Under the pieces are notes generated by a model. It ran no database searches. It saw only the letters and a program-made list of their open reading frames with translations, and had not been told where the DNA came from. The translations under genes were made by a program, and so were the position numbers. Positions 38,560 through 48,434 of a stretch of 53,603 nucleotides of DNA are shown here, one piece after another. Source of the DNA: Gammaproteobacteria bacterium (GTDB lineage Bacteria > Pseudomonadota > Gammaproteobacteria > GCA-001735895); the NCBI GenBank assembly GCA_050298595.1, contig JBNKUM010000033.1, positions 1 to 53,603 on the forward strand. Direction: 5' to 3'. Each line of letters starts with the position of its first letter. Position 1 is the first letter of the stretch.

Positions 38560-38672
38560 CGCAGCTACATAACAGCAAGGGGCTCGGCCGAACCGGCAGG
38601 GCCTCTGCCTGTTTCCAGGCGGAAAAAAACATGAGCAATACGTTATGAAATGATGAGAGAGAGGCGAAAATT

Positions 38673-41458
38673 ATGACAGATGCTGTTCCTTCCACCCTGT
38701 TTTTTGATCTGGGCGACACCCTGCTCTATTATCAAAACAATCAGGACCGTCTGTATGCTGATTGTCTTGATACCCTGCAGATTCTGCAGCAGAGGGGTTA
38801 CCGCCTGGGCCTTCTATCTAATCAGGCCGCCAGCACCACTGTAAACCAGGTTCTGAACCGGTTGAACAGCCTCGGCCTGCTTCAGTTTATTGAGCAGGAA
38901 CTGGTGACCATCTCCACCGAGATTGCTGGCAATGCAGGCAAGCCGGCTCAGCCTATTTTTGATCTGGCTCTGCAGAAGGCCGGCCACAGCCAGGCCAGTC
39001 AGCAGAGTATTTTTGTCACCGAAACCACAAGTCATATCGCTGCGGCGCGAAGCTATGGCTGGCGCGCCATCCTGAAATGCAACAGCGGTACCTGCCAGCC
39101 GGCTGACGGCGAATGCGCCGTGGGTCTGGCAGGACTGCTTGACCTACTGCCTGCCCTTGGTGATGCGTCCAACACCAATCTGCACCTGTCCCCACGGCCA
39201 AAGGTAGTTGATGGCCTTTGGGCCGTGCCTATAGACATCAGCCGCATTACGGCAAGCCTGACCTTTGACGCCGCCACCTCCACTGGAACCGGCAGCGCCC
39301 TGCTGGAGTTCAAGCTGGGTCGCCACAGCGGCAACCCCATCTTTGATCTGCGGCAGACCATCACCGGCATCTGGATGGAGAGGCAATCCCTGTTGACCAG
39401 GCCGCGCATCATGATTTCGGCGGCGGCACGAATGCCGAGTTGCGGGTTCTGGAGAGGGTGCTTGCGGCAGGCTCGTCCCATCAACTGCAGATAAACTACA
39501 GCCTGGGGGTGCCCCAGGCGCCAATGACTGGCTCCTACCTGCCACAGATCTCATGGTCCGCCGGGCCGCGGCTGATCTTTAATTTCGGCTTCACCGATCT
39601 GGCACCGGGCAGATATCTGGAGTCCTGGGTGCCGGCCAATCTGATTTTTGACCAGTTTGAGCTAATCCTTACCCTGCAGGTAAACAACACGTCCATTGCC
39701 CATAGCCTCATCACCAACGGCAGTGTCATCAGCCTTGGCACCAATCACTGGCAGGCCAGCTTTCCAGCCACTATCTCCGCCTTCTCGCCCCTGGTGGAAG
39801 TGCGGCCTGCCGATTCGGTGACATCACTGTCTGATACCGTGATACTGCCCGGCTCAGGGACCACAATCACCATCGATACCTGGAAAACCCTGGCCAACGC
39901 AGTAAATCTCGCCACCCAGATAAACTACCTCAAGACTTTTCTGGCAGATAATGAAACGGCTATCGGCCCCTATCTGCATGGAAACCGTTTTGTCGCCTTT
40001 ATTCACCAGGGTGGCATGGAATATGACGGCGCCACCACCACCGGCCAGGGACCGCTGCAGCACGAGACCTATCACAGTTGGTGGGGCCGCGGCCTGAAAC
40101 CAGCCAGCCAGCCGGATGCCTGGCTGGATGAGGCCTGGACCTCCTATCAGATCGATACCGGGCCGGTGAGTGTTCCTTTTGAATTTGCCGCAGCATCGGC
40201 GGAACTCTGCCCTCGGAATCCCTGGGTACGTAAGACCGCAGGACTGTCCTATTCCAGCGGTACTGCCTTCTGGCAGGGCATGGCCGGTTTTGCTGGCACT
40301 ACGGCTCTCGACGGCCTCATGAAGGATTTTTATGCCCAAAGGGATGGTAAACCGGTGCGGACCACCGACATTGAGGAATTTCTGCTGCGCCGGATGGGCG
40401 ATCCGCTCATCGTCGATGCCTTTCACCGCTTCGTCTACGGGTTTACCGATCCCTCGCCCGCTCCGGAGGTCTGGCTGCGCGACGATTTCAGTCATAGTGG
40501 CACGGAACAGTGGGAATCCGGTTCCTTCTGGAATTCTCCGGATCTGTGGGTGCGGAACAGCGATGACGATATGCTTACCCATCAGAGTCCCATAACTGGC
40601 TATGATAACTGGATCTATGCCCGGGTTCGCAATCTGAGCACCACCACCGCGGTGGCTCATTTTAGCGTGGCCTTTAACGTCAAACCCTATGCCGGGGTGG
40701 AGTTTGTCTATCCTCAGGATTTTTTACCGGCAACCGCAGCCGCCACCGGTTTTGATCTGGCCCCAGGTGCATCAGTCATCGTCAAGTCCCGCTGGCCCAA
40801 GGCACTGGTGCCGCCGGCCGGTACCCACTCCTGTCTGCTGGCCTCGGTTTTCTCCCGTTCAAATCATCCCCTGTCCAACAAGCATGTCTGGGAACAGAAT
40901 GCCCTGGCTCAGAAAAACCTGACCATCGTCGACGCCCAACCCGATACCTGGGTGGTTCTGCCCTTTGTGGTGGCCAACCGCTGGTCCAGAGCCAGCCTGA
41001 AATACACCCTGGAGTTAGTGCGCATGAAAAAATATGCGGACCTCAAGGCGGAACTCATTTACATCAGTTCACTGGACACCTCCAGGCATGCCCTGAAGAA
41101 GATCACCAGGACCCTGCCTGAGCCAGATATCCGAGAAGTGGAAGAGCTGCTTGCCAGCAGGTATACGGAAGCGGCAAAAAACATCACGCACCGTATCCAC
41201 CATGAGATTATTACGTCAGCGATCCCAGGGAAACTTGATGCGCTCTTCCCTGCCTATAAGGTCCAGTCATTTCCTGCCCGCAGTGATTCTTGCATCTCGC
41301 TTATCCTGGCCCCGCAGTACCATCGGCTCCTGGGGCTGCGCGTCTATGTGCCCAAGGATGCGAAAAAGGGTGATGACATCCATGTCAATCTGGTGAAACG
41401 CAGTGCTAAGACGAAAAAGGTCATGGGTGGCATCGCCATGACCATTCATGTTTCCTGA
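38673..41458 (+). pseudogene. HAD-like domain fused to M1-like zinc aminopeptidase with C-terminal Ig/CARDB-like module; one -1 frameshift near 39372 (real or sequencing error)
   Basis: FFDLGDTL / LLSN / AGKP HAD motifs; GGMEY, HETYH-x18-E, SYSSG. ORFs 38673..39494 and 39440..41458 join as ...TGIW-LDGEAIPVDQ... if one CTGG is restored. Confidence 0.82.
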
Positions 41459-41607
41459 GGGATGAGAGGGGATAGAAGTTATAAAAGTAAGAACTCCTGG
41501 TGTCGAAGCCTGATTTCAATAAGTTGAATGGCTATGAACGAAGCTCAGGCTCTCTTCTCTAACCTATTGATAACAATTTGGGACCCAGGTTTTTGAAAGA
41601 AAATTAA

Positions 41608-41909
41608 ACTAGAATCCTCAGTTGGACAAGTTGAAGTGCGTTTGTAGTGGTGTAGATCAAGGAGTTACAAGGCTTCCGCGTCCTGCTCTCGCCCCTTACC
41701 TATGTCCCTATAGGCAACGTAGAGATACGCCAGTCAAACGTGCAATTCAGCTCGTAGCGGGATTCACCTGTTGGGTTTTCAGCATGGGTACTGTTACTTC
41801 GCAAATACATGGACGCACAGGAGAGGGGCGTGAAAAGATACATCAACTTTAATGGTCGACGAAACCGTGAGTTACCCTCTGACACGAGCGGTCAACTGCG
41901 GAATCCAGG
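41608..41909. mobile_element. Non-autonomous IS1380-like miniature element (302 bp)
   Basis: Ends ACTAGAATCCTCAGTTG and (reverse complement) CCTGGATTCCGCAGTTG, resembling ISEcp1-type CCTAGATTC termini; flanked by ATTAA/TTTAA; no transposase. Confidence 0.6.
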
Positions 41910-41983
41910 TTTAACAGTTTGCTCTTCTGTTTTTCTGGAAGTTTATAAATCATTAAAAAACAAAATATTTCGTCAAGAAATTC

Positions 41984-42005
41984 AAACAGAACGAATGTTC
42001 ATTTT
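41984..42005. promoter_or_regulatory. Possible TetR operator
   Basis: AAACAGAAC-GAAT-GTTCATTTT imperfect dyad upstream of the TetR gene. Confidence 0.35.
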
Positions 42006-42079
42006 TTTCGAAAACTAATCTATACTGCCAAAAAATACAATGGAAATACAGCTTATGAAACTGGTGTGCGGCTAAAACT

Positions 42080-42682
42080 ATGCCTTTCCTGACACGTGAA
42101 GCGCCCAATCCTGAACCAATAGACTGCCGTGTTCTTACCTCAGCTCTAAAGCTATTTGTAAACGATGGTTATCACAAGGTCTCTATCCATGATGTGCAAA
42201 AGGATGCCAACGTCAGTATTGGCTCTATCTATAAACACTTTGGTGGAAAGGAAGGCATAGCCAAAGCCCTCTACCTGCACCTTCTTAATGAAATGAATGA
42301 AATGATGGATTCGGTACTGGAGCAGGATCTTCCCCCTATTGGAAAATGCAACCGTGTTATTCAACTTTTATTTGAATATACTGAAACTCGAACTGAAATT
42401 ATTGCTTTCGTACTTCACTCAAAACATACCGAATTTATCTCTGACCATGCTCCAATTTGTGATGCTGAACCCTTTCAAAAATTACGCTATATCGTGCAAG
42501 AAGGCATGGATTTGGGAGAGATCAAGACATTCGATACATGGGTTGCTACCTCGGCTATATTCGGTGGTGCAATCCGCATGATACATCTGCGCCTGGAAGG
42601 CGTGATTACACAACCTTTACCAGAGCTGTATGACCAGTTGATTCAGACTATCTGGAACGGCATGGCTCAATCAGCACAGTAA
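42080..42682 (+). CDS. TetR/AcrR-family transcriptional regulator
   Basis: ALKLFVNDGYHKVSIHDVQKDANVSIGSIYKHFGGKEGI HTH. Confidence 0.93.
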   Translation: MPFLTREAPNPEPIDCRVLTSALKLFVNDGYHKVSIHDVQKDANVSIGSIYKHFGGKEGIAKALYLHLLNEMNEMMDSVLEQDLPPIGKCNRVIQLLFEYTETRTEIIAFVLHSKHTEFISDHAPICDAEPFQKLRYIVQEGMDLGEIKTFDTWVATSAIFGGAIRMIHLRLEGVITQPLPELYDQLIQTIWNGMAQSAQ

Positions 42683-42712
42683 ACCTGCCTAGTGCCTGGA
42701 AAAAATTTGTAG

Positions 42713-43489
42713 ATGCCTGTGCAGTTAGCAGACAATACGCCATTGTTTTTCAACTTGCTTAGTAGACACTTGCCCCACGTACCCGAAACACAACAAATCA
42801 CTGGTAGCGCCTGGTCGCAGATGTTTCAGGGCGCGCTTATCATCCTGCCACTATCCATTGCAGTCATTCCCTGGGGCATACTCGCAGGCTCACTGGCGGT
42901 TGAGGCAGGGTTATTTGATGTAAAGGCGCAGGCTGTTTCCGCGATTATCTTTGCCGGCTCTGTACAACTGGTCGGCATGGGCCTGGTTAAGGCAGGCGCT
43001 TCTTTGTCCACCCTGTTACTGACCACCCTGTTTCTAACCACACGTCACCTGTTATACAGTGCCACTATGCGTACAAGAATTTCGCATATGCCGCTTACTC
43101 AACGTCTTATTCTGGGCTTTTTATTGACCGATGAGTTATTTGCAGCCTGTTCGCATAAGACCCGTAAGGATTTTCATTTCTGGTATGCCTTTGGTGCAGG
43201 ATTCAGTTTTTACCTGATCTGGCAAATCTCTTCATTAAGCGGCATTTTACTGGGACAGAATATTCCCGAGCTGGATCAGTATGGGCTGGATTTTGCAGTC
43301 GCGGCCACATTTATCGCCATCGTCATCCCCACCATCAAAAAGCTATCCTTTCTTATCACAGTACTGGTAGCTATGATTCTATCGGTGATATTCAGCATGC
43401 AGAATATTGAAGGCGGGATTATCTTCTCCAGTTTAATCGCCATGACGATCGGCTATATCGTTTCAATTATTCGAAAGGAACCTTTATGA
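42713..43489 (+). CDS. azlC: AzlC-family amino acid exporter, large subunit
   Basis: IFAGSVQ, RHLLYS, LLTDELFA, GLDFAVAATFIAI. Confidence 0.9.
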   Translation: MPVQLADNTPLFFNLLSRHLPHVPETQQITGSAWSQMFQGALIILPLSIAVIPWGILAGSLAVEAGLFDVKAQAVSAIIFAGSVQLVGMGLVKAGASLSTLLLTTLFLTTRHLLYSATMRTRISHMPLTQRLILGFLLTDELFAACSHKTRKDFHFWYAFGAGFSFYLIWQISSLSGILLGQNIPELDQYGLDFAVAATFIAIVIPTIKKLSFLITVLVAMILSVIFSMQNIEGGIIFSSLIAMTIGYIVSIIRKEPL

Positions 43490-43788
43490 GCTGGGGTACA
43501 TTGTTAGCGATGGCCTTACTGGTGTTCATCAGCCGCTATCTGTTTCTTGAGCCGCGTCTGCCGATACACCTTGGACCCAGAATACTCCACTTTTTACATT
43601 ATACGAGCGCTGCGGTATTAACAGCGATCTGGGCACCTATCGTTTTTCAACGCGATGGTGAATTAAATCTGGAAATGAGTAACCCGTACCTAATTGCCGC
43701 CTTAGTAGCGACTATACTCGCCATCACTACACGCAATGTTTTATTAACCACCGTGCTTAGCATGATATTATTTTTTGTGATCCAATGA
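43486..43788 (+). CDS. azlD: AzlD-family amino acid exporter, small subunit
   Basis: 100-aa hydrophobic ORF overlapping azlC (ATGA); SRYLFL, AVLTAIWAPIVF, NPYL. Confidence 0.88.
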   Translation: MSWGTLLAMALLVFISRYLFLEPRLPIHLGPRILHFLHYTSAAVLTAIWAPIVFQRDGELNLEMSNPYLIAALVATILAITTRNVLLTTVLSMILFFVIQ

Positions 43789-45203
43789 ATCTCCCCAACT
43801 ATCTACAAGCCTCAGAAATACGTGCGCAATTTACTACCGCAATGTCTCAAATGTATCGAAAAGAGGTACCCAGATACGGCACCTTGCTGGAAATAGTAAA
43901 CGATCTCAATTTGCAGCAACTGGAAACTAAAACAGGCTTTATCCAGCCACTGAAAAACACCAATAAGCTGCAACACTTAAGTGAAGAACGACATGGGGCA
44001 ATCCGTCTCGGTAGCGCAGAAGAGCTACATACGATGCGCCGACTTTTTGCGGTGATGGGCATGTATCCGGTGGGCTATTATGACCTGAGTGAAGCGGGTA
44101 TCCCGGTGCACTCTACCGCGTTTCGTCCGGTTCAGTTAATGCACCTGGAACAAAACCCTTTTCGCATGTTCACCTCGCTATTAAGGCTCGACCTGATACA
44201 GGATACCGAATTACGCGAGCAGGCTCGGGCTCTACTCGATCAACGTAAGATATTTACTCCAGGGGCTCTTGAGTTAATCGACCTGTTTGAAACACAACAT
44301 GGCCTGACTGCTGATCAGACTGATCGATTTATCAATGAAGTAGTGGAAACTTTTCGTTGGCAACATCAGGCTACAGTGGATAAGGAAACCTACCAGAAGC
44401 TGCTGGAAACCCATGCTCTACTGGCAGATATCGTGTGTTTTAAAGGTCCGCATATCAATCATCTGACCCCTCGCTCTCTCGATATTGACAGGGTACAGGA
44501 TCAGATGAAAGAGGTCGGCCTGGATGCCAAGGGTATAATCGAGGGCCCTCCCAGACGCCTCTACCCTATTCTGTTAAGACAAACCAGTTTTACCGCCCTG
44601 GATGAGAACGTTGAGTTTAAATCAGAAGTTGATCAAACCATTACAGGTAGCCATAGCGCAAGATTTGGAGAGGTCGAACAGCGAGGAATGGCTCTGACCC
44701 CAAAAGGCAGGGCTATGTACGATTCGCTGCTCAATAAAGTCCGTGCAGAGGTATCAGACCCTGATAATCAGGTCGAGCTTTACTATCAGAAGCTTGAAGC
44801 AATTTTTGATGCATTCCCGGATGATCTGGAACAATTGCGTGAGCAGGGACTTGGCTACTTCACCTATCAGGCACGCGAAGGCGCGATCGCTGATACAGAT
44901 AGCAGCCTGCAGGAATTGATCGATGTGGGGATGTTAAGGTACACCCCCATCACCTACGAAGACTTTTTGCCAGTCAGTGCAGCAGGCATCTTTAAATCTA
45001 ACCTGGGGGAAAATGCACGACAGCAGATCCAACGTTCACCAAATCAGCAGGATTTTGAACAGGCGCTAGGCTGCCCGGTTTTCAATGAATTTGAAATATA
45101 CCAGCGCATACAGTCAGACTCACTCAGACATGCGTTGCATCAACTCAGGCTGGAAGAAAGCCAACGTGACGCATTGATACAGCAGTTACTTGTCGATCAA
45201 TAA
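43785..45203 (+). CDS. hglS: 2-oxoadipate dioxygenase/decarboxylase (hydroxyglutarate synthase, YdcJ/DUF1338)
   Basis: MYRKEVPRY, ERHGAIR, PVHSTAFRP, HINHLTPR, LLRQTSF, RFGEVEQRG, YEDFLPVSAAGIF. Confidence 0.9.
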   Translation: MNLPNYLQASEIRAQFTTAMSQMYRKEVPRYGTLLEIVNDLNLQQLETKTGFIQPLKNTNKLQHLSEERHGAIRLGSAEELHTMRRLFAVMGMYPVGYYDLSEAGIPVHSTAFRPVQLMHLEQNPFRMFTSLLRLDLIQDTELREQARALLDQRKIFTPGALELIDLFETQHGLTADQTDRFINEVVETFRWQHQATVDKETYQKLLETHALLADIVCFKGPHINHLTPRSLDIDRVQDQMKEVGLDAKGIIEGPPRRLYPILLRQTSFTALDENVEFKSEVDQTITGSHSARFGEVEQRGMALTPKGRAMYDSLLNKVRAEVSDPDNQVELYYQKLEAIFDAFPDDLEQLREQGLGYFTYQAREGAIADTDSSLQELIDVGMLRYTPITYEDFLPVSAAGIFKSNLGENARQQIQRSPNQQDFEQALGCPVFNEFEIYQRIQSDSLRHALHQLRLEESQRDALIQQLLVDQ

Positions 45204-45206
45204 CAG

Positions 45207-48110
45207 ATGCCGACTGTTGCCGAATTACAGAACCTGATACAAGACCTGAGACGTAGTGGTTTTCAGGGTGACATTGAAACCGATTATGCCACCCGCCTGG
45301 TTGCATCCACCGATAACAGCATATATCAACTTACCCCACAGGCTATTTTTTACCCTCGTGTTGAACAGGATATAAATCTTTTACTAGGTAGCGTATGTCG
45401 ACATCGAGCCGCCGAATTCTCGATCACTGCCAGAGGCGCTGGCACTGGTACCAATGGGCAATCTCTGGGCGAAAGTCTGATACTCGATTGTTCACGCCAT
45501 CTCAATAATATAATTGAATACGATGAACAGAAGCAGACCGTAACGGTACAACCCGGCGTGGTACTGGATCAATTAAATGCCTATCTCAAACCTTACGGCG
45601 TGTTCTTTCCGATAGATATCTCATCCTCTTCGCGCGCTACTATAGGAGGCATGGTAGCTACCGATGCTTCCGGCAAGGGCTCCTTAATCTATGGAAAAAC
45701 CTCGCGTTATATTGAATCTATGCAGCTTGCTCTGTTTGATGGCAGCAGTTATCTGGCCAGAGCCCACTCGCTGTCTGAACTGAGCCAGGACAGCTCAGAT
45801 ATTCCAGAATTTATATTGCCGATATTTTTACAACTGGCTGAATATGAACAGGAAATCAATGAAAAATTCTCCGGCATTGAGCGTGGTTTAACTGGCTACA
45901 ATCTACAGCAATGCATCGCTCAGGCGGATGTGTTTAACCCCTGTTACTTATTATCCGGGTCTGAAGGGACCCTGGCGATCACTAAGAGTATCACCTTAAA
46001 AGTGATACCGCGTCCAACCCACAGCATGCTGACGGTCATTTTCTATAGCGACTTTCAACAGGGCCTGGAGCATGTGCACGAATTATTACATAGTAAACCC
46101 GCAGCTATCGAAATGCTGGACGAAAAAACCCTGCAACAGGCACAGAAAGATAGCGTCTGGTTTAATGTGAAATCGATATTTGGCGATGTGATTGATACTG
46201 ATATAAAGGCATTAAATTATGTCGAGCATATTGCTGAATCAGAACAGCAGATTGAGCAACAGCAGCAACAGTTACAGGAAATTCTCGAGCAAACCTCACA
46301 ACAATACTCTGTAGTAACCAGTAAAATTGAACGTGAGCCAGACAATATCAGCGCCCTGTGGGAAGTGAGAAAACGCGCGGTGGGCCTGCTGGGTAAAAGT
46401 CAGAATGGAAAACGCGGTATTGCATTTGTAGAAGATACTGCTGTACCGGTAAAAAACCTTTCGCAATATATCAACGGATTCCGTGAAATACTGGATCAAC
46501 ATGGCCTGGAATACGGTATGTATGGTCACGCCGATGCAGGCGTGTTGCATGTACGTCCACTACTCGATCTGTTACAACAACAGGATCGCAAACTTATTCG
46601 AACCATTTCTGACCAGGTGGCCTTACTGGCAAAACAAAATAATGGCGTGTTATGGGGAGAACATGGGCGAGGTTTTCGTGGAGAATACACACCGCTGTTT
46701 TTTGGTGAATCACTTTACACAGTATTATGCGACATCAAAAATCACTTTGACCCTTTTGATCTGCTAAACAGGGGTAAACTGGTCAGACCCTCTGTCAACC
46801 AGCAGATCACCAGACTGGACGATATCAACTATAGAGCTGAATTTGATTGCCTGATTAGTCACGAGCTACAACAACAGTATCAAAGCAGCCTGTCCTGCAA
46901 CGGTAATGGCGCCTGCTTAAACTGGTCGTATGATGAAGCAATGTGCCCTTCTTATAAAGCCACACGCAACAAACTGTATTCACCCAAAGGTCGTGCAGCA
47001 CTCTTACGCGAATGGCTACGAAGACCACTGAACAAAATAAATGATGAAATAAGCCCGGCCATTGAACAGGCACTCTACGATAGTTTAAGCCTTTGTCTAT
47101 CCTGCAAATCCTGCACCTCTAGTTGTCCATTAAAGGTTGATATCCCAGAGATGAAATCTCAGTTTTTAGCGCACTGGCACAAACATCACTCCGCCCCTTT
47201 AAGCGATTTCTTTATACGCAACTTTGATTTATTGTCGCACTGGGGTTCAAAACTACCGGTATTAAGTAACTGGCTATTGCTCAACAGAATGACTGCTCAG
47301 CTATTTCAGCGATTTAGTGGACTCACTCGCCTGCCCCTATTTAGTAACATGGAGTACAGCGACGTTTCCAGATTGAATAAAAACACAGTTGCTAACACAC
47401 TAGCTGAAAACACAGTCATCATATTGTGTGACAATTATCTGGATTATTTTGACCGCCCTGTTTTGCAGTCCAGCTGTAAGTTGCTCACTAAGCTGGGTTA
47501 CCCGGTTTATCTCAGCCAGCCTATAGCCAATGGCAAGTTACTGCATGTAAAGGGATATCGCGAACTATTCAAACGACAGGCACGGCAAGTGCTTTTAGAT
47601 GTCTCATCGCTTGCACAATCTGGCGCTACTCTAATCAGCATTGAAACCGTTAGCCGTCTCATGTTCGATATGGAATTTCCGTTGATTTCAGGTCAGGAAA
47701 ATAAACTGAATATACTGAGCATTGAATCCTTTCTGGTTAAGAATTTTAAGGATAGCGACTCACTGCCAAAATTAAATGTAACCGAGCAAGTCACGCTTTT
47801 ACCGCATTGTTTAGAACAGACAAGCGCCAAAGAATCTTCTGGTCATTGGCAACAGATCTTTTCCAGACTGGGGGTACGGCTTGAAGTGATTAACGCGGGC
47901 TGTTGCGGTATGTCTGGCATTTTCGGTCATGAAGTCATGCAACAAAAACTATCTCATGACATCTTCAGCCTTAACTGGCAACCGAAGCTTCAGCGTATGA
48001 AGAATGATCATACTATTATGCTGGCTACAGGTTTTTCATGCCGCTGCCAGTCAAAGCAGCACGACTTCCCGAGCATACACCCGGTCCAGTATCTGGAGCA
48101 GCTTTTATAG
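45207..48110 (+). CDS. ydiJ: FAD- and Fe-S-binding oxidoreductase, D-2-hydroxyglutarate dehydrogenase YdiJ-like
   Basis: TDNSIYQ, RGAGTGTNGQS, GSEGTL, FVEDTAVP, WGEHG, CNGNGAC, CLSCKSCTSSCP, CCGMSG, GFSCRCQ. Confidence 0.88.
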   Translation: MPTVAELQNLIQDLRRSGFQGDIETDYATRLVASTDNSIYQLTPQAIFYPRVEQDINLLLGSVCRHRAAEFSITARGAGTGTNGQSLGESLILDCSRHLNNIIEYDEQKQTVTVQPGVVLDQLNAYLKPYGVFFPIDISSSSRATIGGMVATDASGKGSLIYGKTSRYIESMQLALFDGSSYLARAHSLSELSQDSSDIPEFILPIFLQLAEYEQEINEKFSGIERGLTGYNLQQCIAQADVFNPCYLLSGSEGTLAITKSITLKVIPRPTHSMLTVIFYSDFQQGLEHVHELLHSKPAAIEMLDEKTLQQAQKDSVWFNVKSIFGDVIDTDIKALNYVEHIAESEQQIEQQQQQLQEILEQTSQQYSVVTSKIEREPDNISALWEVRKRAVGLLGKSQNGKRGIAFVEDTAVPVKNLSQYINGFREILDQHGLEYGMYGHADAGVLHVRPLLDLLQQQDRKLIRTISDQVALLAKQNNGVLWGEHGRGFRGEYTPLFFGESLYTVLCDIKNHFDPFDLLNRGKLVRPSVNQQITRLDDINYRAEFDCLISHELQQQYQSSLSCNGNGACLNWSYDEAMCPSYKATRNKLYSPKGRAALLREWLRRPLNKINDEISPAIEQALYDSLSLCLSCKSCTSSCPLKVDIPEMKSQFLAHWHKHHSAPLSDFFIRNFDLLSHWGSKLPVLSNWLLLNRMTAQLFQRFSGLTRLPLFSNMEYSDVSRLNKNTVANTLAENTVIILCDNYLDYFDRPVLQSSCKLLTKLGYPVYLSQPIANGKLLHVKGYRELFKRQARQVLLDVSSLAQSGATLISIETVSRLMFDMEFPLISGQENKLNILSIESFLVKNFKDSDSLPKLNVTEQVTLLPHCLEQTSAKESSGHWQQIFSRLGVRLEVINAGCCGMSGIFGHEVMQQKLSHDIFSLNWQPKLQRMKNDHTIMLATGFSCRCQSKQHDFPSIHPVQYLEQLL

Positions 48111-48155
48111 TCCTTGAGTCAACAGGCTTTATACAAGGTAAATATGATTAACATA

Positions 48156-48434
48156 CTAAGACAGAGGGTGGTCTGCTCCTTTATCTGTTATCTGGATAGA
48201 AATATTCCCTATCTGTTCATTCCAGTGATAGATTTCCTGGCTTTGATTAGCAGTACAATGACAGCTTCCAGAGCAACTGGGTGCCTGGGTTTGTAGCTTT
48301 ATACGCCCCTTGCGCACCCAGAAATCCAGTATGCCGCGTATGGTTTCAGGTTCTTTATCAAAATGTACGGCAATATCCTGCAAACTGACCTGCTTACGTT
48401 TTTTTACGTATTGTTTAACTTCCTGCAGAATCAT
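48156..48434 (-). CDS. feoC: FeoC-like winged-helix protein
   Basis: Directly downstream of feoB (overlap); WVRKGRI and Cys cluster CSGSCHC. Confidence 0.82.
   Translation of the reverse strand: MILQEVKQYVKKRKQVSLQDIAVHFDKEPETIRGILDFWVRKGRIKLQTQAPSCSGSCHCTANQSQEIYHWNEQIGNISIQITDKGADHPLS

Noticed and set aside
35890-41449. Many long alternative-frame and antisense ORFs in the island (e.g. 36433..37083, 39854..40660)
   Set aside because: Expected by-product of GC-rich coding sequence; no motifs.
41622-42018. Three short ORFs as a transposase
   Set aside because: Too short and no DDE motifs; treated as a non-autonomous element.
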